This document shows, piece after piece, positions 22,529 to 33,445 of a stretch of 37,914 bases of DNA. The first letter of the stretch is position 1. Each line of letters starts with the position of its first letter. The notes under the pieces are model-generated. The model was not told the origin of the DNA. It worked only from the letters and a program-made list of their open reading frames with translations, and ran no database searches. The DNA is from Saprolegnia diclina VS20 (lineage: Eukaryota): the NCBI RefSeq assembly GCF_000281045.1, contig NW_008246135.1:186520-224433 (forward strand). The letters are read 5' to 3'. The translations under genes and the position numbers were made by a program.

Positions 22529-23161
22529 ATGACCGAGTCGTTCCAAGAGTACTATGAGACGTTCAAGGAGCTGCGGACCGAGGCGATGGCCATCATCAAG
22601 GAGATGCCGAGCGCCAACGCATCCCGGCGCGACCAGCTCGAGCGCGACGCCCGCCACCGCATCGAAGAGGTCGAGCGCTACTTGCGCATCCTCGACCAAG
22701 AGGCCAAGGGCGGCGACGCCCAAATGAAGCGCAAGATGCAGGCGCAGATCCGCAGCTGCAACTCGGACCTCGAGAAGCTCAACAACAACCTCGTGAAAGC
22801 GCTTTTGCTCGGGAATGCAGCCGAACGACAGCCGGCGCCCGCGGCAGGCGGTAGCAACCCGCACGTCCATCAAGAGCGTCTGGACCGCACGGGCGGCTAT
22901 TTAAACGAGGCCAAGAACATCATTGGCGAGACGCAAGCTGTCGGTATCAACATCGACAACAACCTCATGATGCAGCGCGAGCAGCTCGAACGGGCGCAAG
23001 AGAACGTCAAGGACACCCGCGCCGACGCCCAAGAGGCCGGCGTCCACCTCGCAAGCCTTCGCCGGAAGAACATGGTGAGCATCGCACTCATGTGGGTCGT
23101 CATCTTTGGCCTCTCGGTGGCCATTCTTGTCCGCGTCCTCAAGATGGTCCACGCCATCTAA
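22529..23161 (+). CDS. Vti1-like Qb-SNARE, paralogue 3
   Basis: MTESFQEYYETF.., SNARE motif LMMQREQL and a C-terminal TM. Confidence 0.85.
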   Translation: MTESFQEYYETFKELRTEAMAIIKEMPSANASRRDQLERDARHRIEEVERYLRILDQEAKGGDAQMKRKMQAQIRSCNSDLEKLNNNLVKALLLGNAAERQPAPAAGGSNPHVHQERLDRTGGYLNEAKNIIGETQAVGINIDNNLMMQREQLERAQENVKDTRADAQEAGVHLASLRRKNMVSIALMWVVIFGLSVAILVRVLKMVHAI

Positions 23162-23484
23162 GCTTGCATGTATACACACTTTCTATTACTCCACTGTACT
23201 CTCAGCACAACGAATACAGACAATCTTGCCAACAACTCTACAACCGTGGCGTGCTAGCACCGTGGCGCGAAGTGACTGCTGCATTCGTGGAGTCTGAGAC
23301 TGCGAATTCTGGTACACGTTTGGTTCTCCTGACGGAGCGAAGTAGGTGGCCCAAACAGAACCTGGCTTGACCAAACGACTGGTCGACTCTGGCGCAGAGG
23401 CGGCCATGAGGTTGACCAGTCCCATGCAGCGCTCGGCCACCACCAAGATGGTTTAAGAACCAAAGGATGCTATATACTACAGTC

Positions 23485-24999
23485 TTAGGCGGACGTAGCT
23501 TCTGTGTCTGTGCTCTCGAGGACCTCTGTTGGCGGGTGGACCCGAATGTCATCGACAGTGAACGGAATCTCAAACGCACTGCCGCCGCCAAGCGCGATCG
23601 TGAGGTTGCCATGATGCAACGAAAAGGCCAGCTGGTCGCTGAGGTAGAGCACAATGAGGTCTTCGCAGACCTCAAACGACGTGACAAGGATCGGGAATGA
23701 GACGTTGTTGACGGCCTGGGCCGGCCACGCGACCGCCGTCTCGTCAATAGCGGTTGCCAGATCCTTTGGCGGGAGCTTCGTCGACGTGTTCTGGTACAAA
23801 ATGTCAAACTGCAAGTGGAGCAGATCCAGTTCGATCGGGAGCGGGTTGTGGATCTGGAGGTCGACGTCCAGTCGGAGCTCGCACGTGTGCGTCTCCGAGT
23901 CGAGCTTCTTGAGCGTCGGGTTGAGCTCATACTTGCGCAAAAAGGCTGGCTGACCGTCAATCGTGCCAGGAATCTCGATTGGGAACGACATGCGGTTGAA
24001 GAGCTGCTGCGCGAGGCAGTGCGACTGCGGGTGGCCGCCGACAATGGCCAGCGAGACGTTGGACCCGCCGAGGTACGACTGCAGCACGTCTTCGAGCGGC
24101 GCCGTGTCGGCGTGCGCCAAATATGTGTACGTGGCAATGTGCGTCGTACCGCCACCAAGTGTAAAGCCATAAAACCCAACCCGGAGCAAAGTTTCGTTCT
24201 TCATGGGGTGCGTGAGCTCAAAGCTCAGGTCGGGCACAGTCCACTGCACCTGCGACGCGTACTCGAACGTCACGTCCGAGAAGACGTAGATGCCATGGTC
24301 GTCTTCGTCGATATGGCCGCGCGAGAGCCCGATCGTGTGGAGTATCGAATGTATCATTTCGTCAATGTGCTTGGCAATGTCAAAGTCATTGGGTGCTGAT
24401 CGCCGCCGCCGAGGAAAGGCCCACATGCCAGACCGATGGACCGAGGAAGACGACGGCAGCAAGTCGTGGACGTCGACATGGACGGTAAATGGCACAAGAA
24501 GACACGAGATGTGGATCGGAATGGACCCCGACACAGTCAGCTCTGGCGTCGGCGACTGAAAGAGAAAGCGCTGGAGGTCCATCGGCGATGCTTGGACGGA
24601 GAAGAAGACGTGCGACTGCACCGACGAGGCGCCGGTCGCGAGCGAAAACGCTGGCAACGATACGACTAGAAGCGAGGTGCCGTTGGTCGAGAGGTGCACA
24701 TCGAACGGCCCGATCGTCGGCGCGCACAGCGACGGGTTGACAAACTCGACGCCGACGGCGCCAAGCGACTTGTCGCTGCAGAGGTCGGGCAAATGCAGCG
24801 AGCGAAAGGCCATCGTCGTGCCCCGCAGCGCCAAGACCAAGTGCACGAGCGTCACGAGAGCGATGACGATGCAGCCTACGAGCGCGAGGACCACTTGCAC
24901 GCGCCGCCGGCAATACCAGCGTGGGCTCGCCGCCGGCGAGATGGGCGGAGCGTCCACGCTGCCGCTAAGGAGCCGGTCGCGCTGGTCGTCGTCGGCCAT
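23485..24999 (-). CDS. Single-pass type II membrane protein with repeated LEA_2/DUF3712-like beta domains
   Basis: Intronless 504-aa ORF. A short acidic N-tail, RRR and a TM helix precede beta-rich segments with NP motifs (VEFVNPSLCAPTIGPFDVHL; LQIHNPLPIELDLLHLQFDI). The domain call is by resemblance only. Confidence 0.65.
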   Translation of the reverse strand: MADDDQRDRLLSGSVDAPPISPAASPRWYCRRRVQVVLALVGCIVIALVTLVHLVLALRGTTMAFRSLHLPDLCSDKSLGAVGVEFVNPSLCAPTIGPFDVHLSTNGTSLLVVSLPAFSLATGASSVQSHVFFSVQASPMDLQRFLFQSPTPELTVSGSIPIHISCLLVPFTVHVDVHDLLPSSSSVHRSGMWAFPRRRRSAPNDFDIAKHIDEMIHSILHTIGLSRGHIDEDDHGIYVFSDVTFEYASQVQWTVPDLSFELTHPMKNETLLRVGFYGFTLGGGTTHIATYTYLAHADTAPLEDVLQSYLGGSNVSLAIVGGHPQSHCLAQQLFNRMSFPIEIPGTIDGQPAFLRKYELNPTLKKLDSETHTCELRLDVDLQIHNPLPIELDLLHLQFDILYQNTSTKLPPKDLATAIDETAVAWPAQAVNNVSFPILVTSFEVCEDLIVLYLSDQLAFSLHHGNLTIALGGGSAFEIPFTVDDIRVHPPTEVLESTDTEATSA

Positions 25000-25281
25000 G
25001 AGCGTTCGGCAATCTTTGTGTGATCTTGCGAGAAAACCTGTGCAAATACATATCCATTGTCAGAGGATATCACCTGGCTGGACGCACGCAACTTTGCGAG
25101 GCCACGCGAGCATGACGCCGCGTCCCTCTCGCATCAAAGTGCAAGGAATCACTATACGTTCAAGTGTCTAAAGGCACGCCGCCTTTGCTTTCGCTGTCCA
25201 CCGCGCACGCTGGGCCTGCCACGCGTGGGGTCTGTAAGCCAATCAGCGTCGATTGTGCCAGAGGGCAAAGTCGAATTCGGG

Positions 25282-28200
25282 ATGATGTACGCGTGGGCAG
25301 AGGACGAAGCGACGGCCGACCTCGTGCGCGACCTCGCGTCGCTGGAGACGCCAACGCCCGAGACGCGCCTCTTGCTCAAGCCTATCTTCCGCTGGGCCAA
25401 GCGCGAGCCGGAGAAGGCGTACGCGTACGTGGTTTGGTTGCTGCAGCTGCATGAAACTGGCGACGGCGACATTCCCGCGCAGCCGACCATCCAAGCCAAC
25501 TACGCCATCAACACGCTCATTACGGCGAGCCAGCGCTGCGGCAAGGCCATGGAGGCCCAGCGCGCGTTCGACCTTCTCGGCGTGCACGGCTTTACGCCCG
25601 ACGTCTTTGCGTACACGGCGCTCATCGACGTGCTTGGCCGTGGCCAGCAGGCCGAAATAGGCCTCGCCATGTACAAGCAGATGCTCGCAACCGACGTGCA
25701 GCCCAACATTGTGACGTTTACCACCATCATCCGCGTGCTCGCCATGAGGTACGAACGCGCCATCGATCGACGACTGACAAACATGCCAGCGACACTGTCG
25801 ACGTGAGTTACGTTTTGAACGTCCTCGAGCACGCTCGGCTGCTCGACAAGACGTGCGATCCGTCGCTGTACACGGAGGCCCTCGAGACGTGTGCGAAGCG
25901 CAAGGCCATCGATGTGATCACTGGCGTCTTGCAGCAACGACGCCTCGACTACGGCCTCGAACTCCTCGGCGATAAGAGCATCCTGGCCATTAGCCGCGTC
26001 GCGCGCGAGCCATCAAACGCGCGCATCGTCGACGGCTGGGTCGCGGACGGTCTCTTGGATGCAGCGGACAAGACGCGCCTCTTCTTGGCCTCGTCGTCGT
26101 CGTCTGTCACAGACGGTGCGTCCTTGCTATTTGTCGTCCCTCTGTACAACCAAGTGTAGACAAGTACCAAGGGTGTTTGGGCTACGAGACGCCGGCGTCC
26201 GTGCGGCAGTCGGTCATCCTGCACGATATCGATCGCCTCATTGAACGCGTCCTCAAGGGCGTGCTTCCCACCAAGTATCTACATACGCGTTTAGTCTATC
26301 CTGGATACTACTATCCGGTATCGCTCTAGGATGGATTTCGAGACGCTCATTCATCAGTGCCGCAAGCGCAAGTGGCGGGAGCAAGTCCACGTCGTCTTTG
26401 ACGCAATGACCACGCTTGCTCATGCCGGCTGGACCTTCCTGAACGATGCGAGTCGAGATCCGGTACCGGCGCAGCCCACGGTGACGCCGGGCCCGTCGAC
26501 GTACTTGGCGATGATTGACGCGTACATTTGCTGTCACGCGATCGACGACGCATGGCGTGCGTTCGCCCAGATGGACGACTGCCACGTCCCTCGCACGCAA
26601 ACCATTGTGCGCAAGTACATTCGTGGCTGCTACCTCCTCATGCGCGACTTGAGCGCGGCGCCGTCGCCCGAGACGTGGCACGTCCGGAATGTTGTCGACC
26701 TCGCGCTGCGGGATGCCATTGTGATCTCGCCCAAGATGGCCAGTTATATCTTGCGTCTCTACGGCCTCCACGAACACCTCGGTCTCGACATGATGGCAAC
26801 GCTCGTTGGTGTTGGCCACGACCGCCAGTTGCTACTCGACGAGCTCGTGCAAGCTTGCGTGTATGCTGGCAACGTCGACGGCGCCTTGGCGGCGCTCGCA
26901 TATCTCTCGGGCGGCACGACGGCCACGGTCGAGCGCGCGCTTCTGCTGACCTGCATCCACGGCCCGACGCTCGAGATGGCGCTTGACCGCCTGCACACGC
27001 TGCAGGCCCACGCGCATCTGCTGCCTGTCCCGGTCTACGCGTCGATTTTACGCGAAATGTACACAAAATACACGGCCAAAAGTGGTCAAATGGACGGGAT
27101 CGGGCGCGCCAAGTGCCTCAAAGTGCGTACGTCCATCACCAACGAGCCGCTTGCGTGGCCGAGGACTCACCACACAGATAGTGTTTGAAAAGCGTGCCAT
27201 CTTTGAGGCGACGGCCGCCCACGCCGCTGCGTTACGCGCCAAGGCGCCGGTCGAGACGACGTCGTGCGGCGCGCTCTGGTGTGCGTCGATCGAGGAGCTC
27301 TCATGCGCCCCGATCCTCTTTGCCCAGCACTTGACCGAGCGGCTCACTTCCGTGCGGGACAAGGCGGCCAAAGAGCTCGCCCAAGACGACATTTGCGCTG
27401 CGATCCGCGCGACGCAGGATCCGTATCTCTTTCTGCTGCAAGCGCTGCTGGCGTTCCCGTCGATCGACGTGGGTTTCCGCCTCCAGGCCAAGTTCGCCAA
27501 GCTCCTCCTCGCTATGGTAGCGTCCGCCGACCTCAGTGTGGACCCGACAACGCCTTGCGTAGGTGCCGGGGACGCATGGCCCACACCACGTGGCGTACTG
27601 CTTGAACGAGCTCGACGCGATGCCCGTGCACTTGGTTGCAGAATTGGACCGCGTGCTCGACCTCTGTGCGGCGGACGCCGGTCGGCTCGTCGACTACTGC
27701 CGGGTTGCCACTCTGCAAGACAATGCCGAGAAGACGATCAACTTTGTGCTCGCCCACGACGTCTTCTTCGCTCCGGAGCACGCGATCGTTCTCGCGGCGC
27801 ATTTCGCAGAGCTCTATGCCAACGGCAATACTGTCGGCGTCAAGTACATTCGCGCGACCGCCAAGTACCTGTCGAGTGCGGTCATTGCGGCCCAAACGTT
27901 TCTCCAAAGCCTCGAGGCGCGGCTGCTCGACGACGACGAGTACCCGAGTCTGCACGTCGCCGACGTCCAAGTGCTCGCCATGGAATTTGCGCTCCAAGAG
28001 GCCTTCCCCGCCCTCATGCAGCTGGAAGCCACGTACACGCGCAAGACGGTACTCGTCGATCCCAACCGCATCTACTGGTCGCTGCCTACGACTGCCGTGA
28101 CGATGGTGGTCGACACGGTCGAGGCTGTTGCGGTCGCGTCCTCTGTGCTCTGTCGTAGCCGCCTTGTGGGCATTGACGTCGAGTGGCGCCCCGATGTCCA

Positions 28201-28654
28201 CGCCAAGATGAAGTCCAAGTGCGCTGTGGTCCAGCTCGCGTGTGTGAGCCACGTCTTTGTCCTCGATGTGCTCACGGCGTGGTCCAACGAGATGCACGGG
28301 CTCTTCGATATGGTCGTCCAGAACGCGTCGATATGGAAGCTTGGCTTTGGGCTGCACCAAGACGTCTCGCGGCTCCAGTGGTCGTTCCCCGACGCCACGT
28401 GCTTCGAGTACGACGAGTGGGAGAGCGTCTTGGACGTGCAGAGCTACTACTGCAAGCTCACGAAGCGCAACCAAGTCGGTTTGAGCCGATGCGTCGAAGA
28501 GACTCTGCTCGCGCCGCTCAACAAGAGTCAGCAGACGAGTGACTGGGAGGCCCGGCCGCTGTCGCCCGACCAGGTTGCGTATGCAGCGAACGACGCCTAC
28601 TGCCTGCTGGAGCTCGTCCGCGCCCTCCGCCCGCCCATGATTGAGACTCTCTAG
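25282..28654 (+). CDS. Pentatricopeptide-repeat (PPR) protein fused to a DEDDy 3'-5' exonuclease (MUT-7/EXD3-like), 6 exons, ~1043 aa
   Basis: PPR motifs (YAINTLITASQRCG, PDVFAYTALIDVLGRGQ, PNIVTFTTII, DFETLIHQCRK, PSTYLAMIDAYIC) and ExoI GIDVEWRP, ExoII GFGLHQD and ExoIII SDWEARPLSPDQVAYAANDA. Frame-consistent introns at 25749-25789, 26116-26159, 26275-26329, 27123-27177 and 27517-27562. Confidence 0.8.
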
Positions 28655-28727
28655 AATAGAAACTAGACATCGAAAGCCGTTCAAGGCGTAGATGCAATAC
28701 AGCACGTGGGCTACGTTAGAGACGCGC

Positions 28728-29446
28728 TCACGGATCGACAGAAAAGCCAGGGGCTTTGGGCTCCGTGTTGGAGTGGGCGAGATCGCTGAGGCGCTTGATT
28801 TCGGCAACGGCCATCGCATTGGCGTCGAGGAGGCAACGCTCGGCGTGGTATTGCTGACTGAGCTTGGCCTCTTTGATGCAGTCGGCTTCGCAGCGTGGAA
28901 CGCTCGGTGCGCTCAAGCACTGGACAAGCCAAATGTTGGCTTCGGCCATCGCTTTCTTGACGTCGTCCAGGACCGGGTTGGCGGCGTCGAGTGTCTTGAG
29001 GATCTTGAGGTGCTTCTTGACATCACCGCTCAGGATGGCGCATATTCTCTACGTGTGGCGTACGAGACAATGACCAAGTGTGCAGATGTATGTACCTTGG
29101 CTTCGTTTTGGATCTCGACCACCGACTTGGTCGCGATCATGTCGGACAGCTTTTGCTGCGTGTCGTTTACAGACTCGACGTCGTCGTTGCCTCCGTCTTG
29201 GTCGTCTTCCTCTGTGTTTTGCAAGCTTGTATCGAGGCCCTTGGAGCGGCCAAGGAGCGAGAGCCGGCGGCGGATGTTGCTGAGCTTGCGCCGAATCGGG
29301 TGCACCTCCTTCACGGCCTCGTCGGCGCCCGCGAGCACCTCGGTCGGCTCCGTCGCGGGCTCGGCCTCCGGCGCAGTGACCACCGCAGGGTCCGCGTCCG
29401 ACGGTTCGCGGCTTGCCCGAAAGATCGACGAGATCGACGACAGCAT
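28728..29446 (-). CDS. Hypothetical protein, 2 exons
   Basis: ATG at 29446 directly downstream of an Inr/FPR-like motif. An intron at 29049-29095 joins ORF 29030-29560 to ORF 28728-28949 in frame (NEAK|RICAILSG). Confidence 0.65.
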
Positions 29447-29447
29447 G

Positions 29448-29465
29448 CAGAAATGGAAATGAGTG
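29448..29465 (-). promoter_or_regulatory. Oomycete Inr+FPR-like core promoter
   Basis: The minus strand reads CACTCATTTCCATTTCTG immediately upstream of ATG 29446. Confidence 0.55.
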
Positions 29466-29800
29466 ACGTTTGGACGGCCCAAGGCCATTGGCCGTAAAGA
29501 TGGCATTTTCAAGATTTCAGCCAATCCCAACATCGTATTGTTGAATGGTGCACCAATCAAACGCGTGGCTCGGATGAAAGATACGCCAGCGAGCAGCTCA
29601 CTTGGCCGCGCCTCTCAGGAGAGAGTGGGGACCCCTAGAGCTGCCATGATAGCTCGAGGTACCGTTCGCTTCTCTGTTGACTTGTGCGGTCGCCTGTCGA
29701 TATGCATTGCTGTCTTCTTGCGTCGCCAAGTTCAAGTTGCGTGCGTTCAGACCTTCTTCGAAAAAGCCATCTGGCCGCGTCCTGCACGACGGACGACGTG

Positions 29801-32076
29801 ATGGACACGCAGCTGCGCTTCGCCCGGCAGCGCGACGATGCGATGCGAGGGACGGGGTCGCATCACGCCCCGCGCGCCATCGCGTTCCACATTCCAGTGA
29901 CACGCGCCAAGCCGGCGCCGCGACGGGCCAAGCCCAAGCCCTCGCCGTGGGCAGCCCGCCCACCGCCGGTAAAGCGCTCGGTCAAACCAGCATGGAACGA
30001 CGACGTGCACGGCGCCGTCCTCTTTGATCAATCGCTCGCCAAGAACCAGCTGCTAAAAGACCCCAAGCGGATACGCGATAAGGTCCCGGCAGCAACGCCA
30101 AAGACGACAATTCGCAGTGTGTACGCGCAGCCCAAGACGAGCCAGCCGCCAGTGAAGCAAGAGCCCATCGCGCGTCCTCGACCAGTCACAACAACTCCTA
30201 AGGTCAAGACAAAGCCTGCGCTTCAAACACATTGGTCCCGTCGTCCAACGGCCGCTCCAGCACCGCCGGCCACAGCGCCCGAGCCCGTTTGCACCATCGT
30301 CGCGGCGTCACCAGGTCGAGTCCCGTCGCCGCACGCCGCTGTTCGTTCCTTGGAACCGCTGCAATTGACGACGCAGCACTCGCATCCACCGCTGAGCTAC
30401 AGTCCGAACCCGGTGATACGTCCGTCGTCGCCGGTGCGGACGAGCTCGAATCAAGAAGACAAGGACGACGACATTGCCTATCGGTCGATCCCACCGCCCA
30501 TCATCGACGTGCCGTCGCCAACTCCAGTCCAGCGCAAGCTCATTGTGAGCACTTTTAAAGTGCTCGATACGAAGCGTCGGGGCGTCCTTCACGCGCGCGA
30601 GATCCACCAGGGGTTGCAGCTGCTCGGTATCACGTCGACGCTGCGTCAGGTAACACGCAACTGCAAGACAGTCATGTCCATAGTGTACGTGACTAGATTA
30701 CCGACTATCTGTACCTTGTCAACGACGGCCTGGGCGACACCATCGGGCTCAGTGAATGGGTCATCCTCGTCAACACGCTGCAGTCGGCCGAGTGGCTCAC
30801 GGCCGACAGCCCATTGCAAATCGAGCCCTCGGACGCGGGCTCGGCGGCGTCGGCCCACAGCGTTGGGTTATCCCCTATCCAGCAGACGCCGTCGCCGTCA
30901 CCGATGTACCGGGCGCCGTCGCCAGTCATTGCAGCGAGACCAGCGTCGCCATTACCCACGACCTTTCAAGAAGCGTGGTTCATCGACCAGATCGAAGTAC
31001 GCATCCATCAGATCGATCGGTCGCTGATGCCGCACCTAGCGCCGCATCAACGAGATGTTTTCACGGGCAGAGGCGTCGGTGGCCGTGCGCTGGAACAATC
31101 AACAAACGACCGACGAAGCCCCCGAGACCTTTCTTCGACGCGCGGCGCATGTCGTCCACGGACTCAAGGTAGACGTCGCCAATGACCAGTGGCATCACTC
31201 GATGGATAGTCGAGTCTGTACCCGCTGGTGCACCAGGCCGAAGAGACGCTGCGTGCGATCCAAGGACGCCACGCGACCAGTCTCAGTGTCTTTTTATCGC
31301 CAAAAGACATGGAAAAAGTCACCACACACGCCGAAGACCTCGTCGAGCTGCTCCTGGATGACCTCCTCACGGTACAGTCTCCTAGCTACCATCGATCTTG
31401 AGTGCACTGCACAGGACACGGTCGACGTCCTTGAGCAGCACGAGAAGGTGCAGACCACCGAGATGTGGCGCCAGAGTGAACTTGATCAGCTCCAATCGCT
31501 TCTCGACCTGATCGAGTCGGTCCAAGCCGACGAAGACCGGTTGCTACATCCTCCGCCAGTTGCCCTAGCAACTGCCGAGAACGTCGTCTCGGACGCTGCA
31601 GGAGGCTGCGTCGTGCCGCTTAGCGTCCTCGTATCGACGACTGTCTCCACCGACGCATGCATCACCAGCAGCACAGACCCCAGCGCCGCTCAACACGACA
31701 CAATGCTGGATCCTGGCGATCGGCCATCGTTCTTCAAGACGCCGCTGATACGTGGCATCTCGACGACGCATGTTGGTCGCATGGCAGGTGCACTCGAGCT
31801 GCACCGCACAGCGTTTCTGCGGTGCGTCCTCTGTCTCCTATGCATCGATACGATCGCTACGTAGATCGCGCAAGGTGGCCGAAGCCACGCTTCTCGACAC
31901 GGGGCTGGAGCAGCATGTCGTGATTGAGCTGTACGACCCCTTCTTGCGGCCACTGGGAGTGAATTCGATGTGGTAGGCTTGAAGAAATGCTCCTCCATGA
32001 TATGTTGGACGACCTTGCGCTGGAACTCGACAGCTGCTTTGGCAAACTCGGCGAAAAAATCTTGCGCACCGTGTAA
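29801..32076 (+). CDS. Hypothetical protein: Pro/Lys-rich N-terminus, degenerate EF-hand pair, helical acidic C-terminus; 7 exons
   Basis: Introns at 30650-30696, 30997-31039, 31169-31209, 31372-31414, 31822-31864 and 31931-31976 keep one frame to TAA at 32074-32076. TFKVLDTKRRGVLHAREIHQGLQLLG...VNDGLGDTIGLSEW resembles an EF-hand pair. Confidence 0.7.
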
Positions 32077-32098
32077 TTCGTGCTCTGTTGCGACGGAA

Positions 32099-32236
32099 TG
32101 ATCGACTGATCGACTGACTGATCGACTGACTGATTGATCGACTGATTGATCGACTGAGTTATCGACTGAGTAATCTACTGATTGACTGACTGATTGACTG
32201 ATTGACGCATTGGAGGATTGACTGATCGAGTGATTG
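32099..32236. repeat. Degenerate tetranucleotide microsatellite built from GACT/GATC/GATT units
   Basis: GATCGACTGATCGACTGACTGATCGACTGACTGATTGATCGACTGATT... lies between two convergent 3' ends. Confidence 0.9.
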
Positions 32237-32288
32237 GTATTGAAAACGTCACTAGTCTGAACACACCAGAGACTTACCAGCTTTTATT

Positions 32289-33445
32289 TTACGCGACGAG
32301 TCGCCAGAGACGCGCGACGCAGTCGTCGCCAGTCGAGACGAGCAGCGTCGGGTCATGCTTGGACCAGCGGACGCAGTTGACGTCACCTATTGAGTCGTCT
32401 TGTTGCCCATTTTATCAACGAATATCAAGTTGATACCAGCGTGGGCGTGCGCATGCGCATAGGCGAGCTGGAACGGACTCTCGGGTTTCTCTTGCGCAAA
32501 AAGACGGAGCCCGTCGTCGCCACCGCCCGTGGCGATGCAGTTGAGCGTCGGGTGCCAATCGACGCTAAAGACGGACCGCTCGTGGAAGCCTTCGAGGGCC
32601 TGCAGCGGCTGCCACGACGTCGGCCTAGGGGACGCTTGGATCATAGGTTGGTACAGACAAGGGGTACCGGCCGTCGGCGCTCGTGCCCGGCTGGTGCTGC
32701 CAGAGCAGTACGTTCGTGTCGTCCGAGCACGACGCCATACGCTCGCCGTCGGCGCGCAGCGTGACGCCCCACACCGTCGAGGTATGGCCCTTGAGCGTCT
32801 CCTTGCAGTACCAGTCGTCTACACAAGTTGTAAGAAAACAGAGAGAGGCAAGTGCGTACCGTCGCTCTCGGCCCAGACGCAGATCGTATCGTCGTACGAT
32901 GTTGAGAAGAGAATGTCGTCGCTCGGGTGCCACTGCACAAACTTGACGTCCTGGCTGTGCGCATGCAGCACCGAGATGCACTCAAAGTCCGTGTCTGGGT
33001 CGGCCTCCCAGATCCACACGCTCTTGTCGCGGCTGCACGTAGCGAGGTACGACCCCGACGGGCTCCACGCGATCGACTTGACCTCGCTCTCGTGGCCCTC
33101 GAGCGACGCGATAACCTCGTACACGTCGCCGCGGCGCTCCCAGATGACCGTGGTCGCGTCAAAGCTCACGGACGCAATGAACTGCCCGTTCGGCGACCTA
33201 GGATACGTGAGCCATGACCGGCGAAAAGGGCGAACGTACCACTCGCAAGCGCGGATCGTTCGGTTCTGCGCGTCCTCGAGCGTCGCGACGCAGTCCCAGT
33301 GGTTGGCGCTGTTGCGCGCGCGGGCCCAGATGCGCACCGTCTTGTCACTGCCGCACGTTGCCAGGAGGCTCCCGTCCGGGCTCCACGACGCATGCCACAC
33401 GCACTCGGCGTGGCCCACGAGCACCGCGATCTCTTCGAGATGCAT
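32289..33445 (-). CDS. CIAO1: Cytosolic iron-sulfur assembly WD40 protein CIA1/CIAO1, 5 exons
   Basis: Motifs RTIRACEWSPNG, SFDAT..IW, LEGHESEVKSIAWS, ATCSRDKSVWIWE, FECISVL..HSQDVKFVQWHP and DVNCVRW. Introns at 33198-33239, 32819-32859, 32625-32667 and 32387-32436. Confidence 0.95.

Noticed and set aside
27533..28819. 428-aa antisense ORF, and similar ones at 4977-6236, 8862-9851, 32529-33767 and 34382-35317
   Set aside because: These are shadow ORFs of real genes on the opposite strand. GC-rich codon usage depletes antisense stops, and they show no recognisable motifs.
32099..32236. Repeat array as a possible CRISPR array or telomere
   Set aside because: It has 4-nt periodicity with no unique spacers, the context is eukaryotic, and it is not a TTTAGGG-type repeat.
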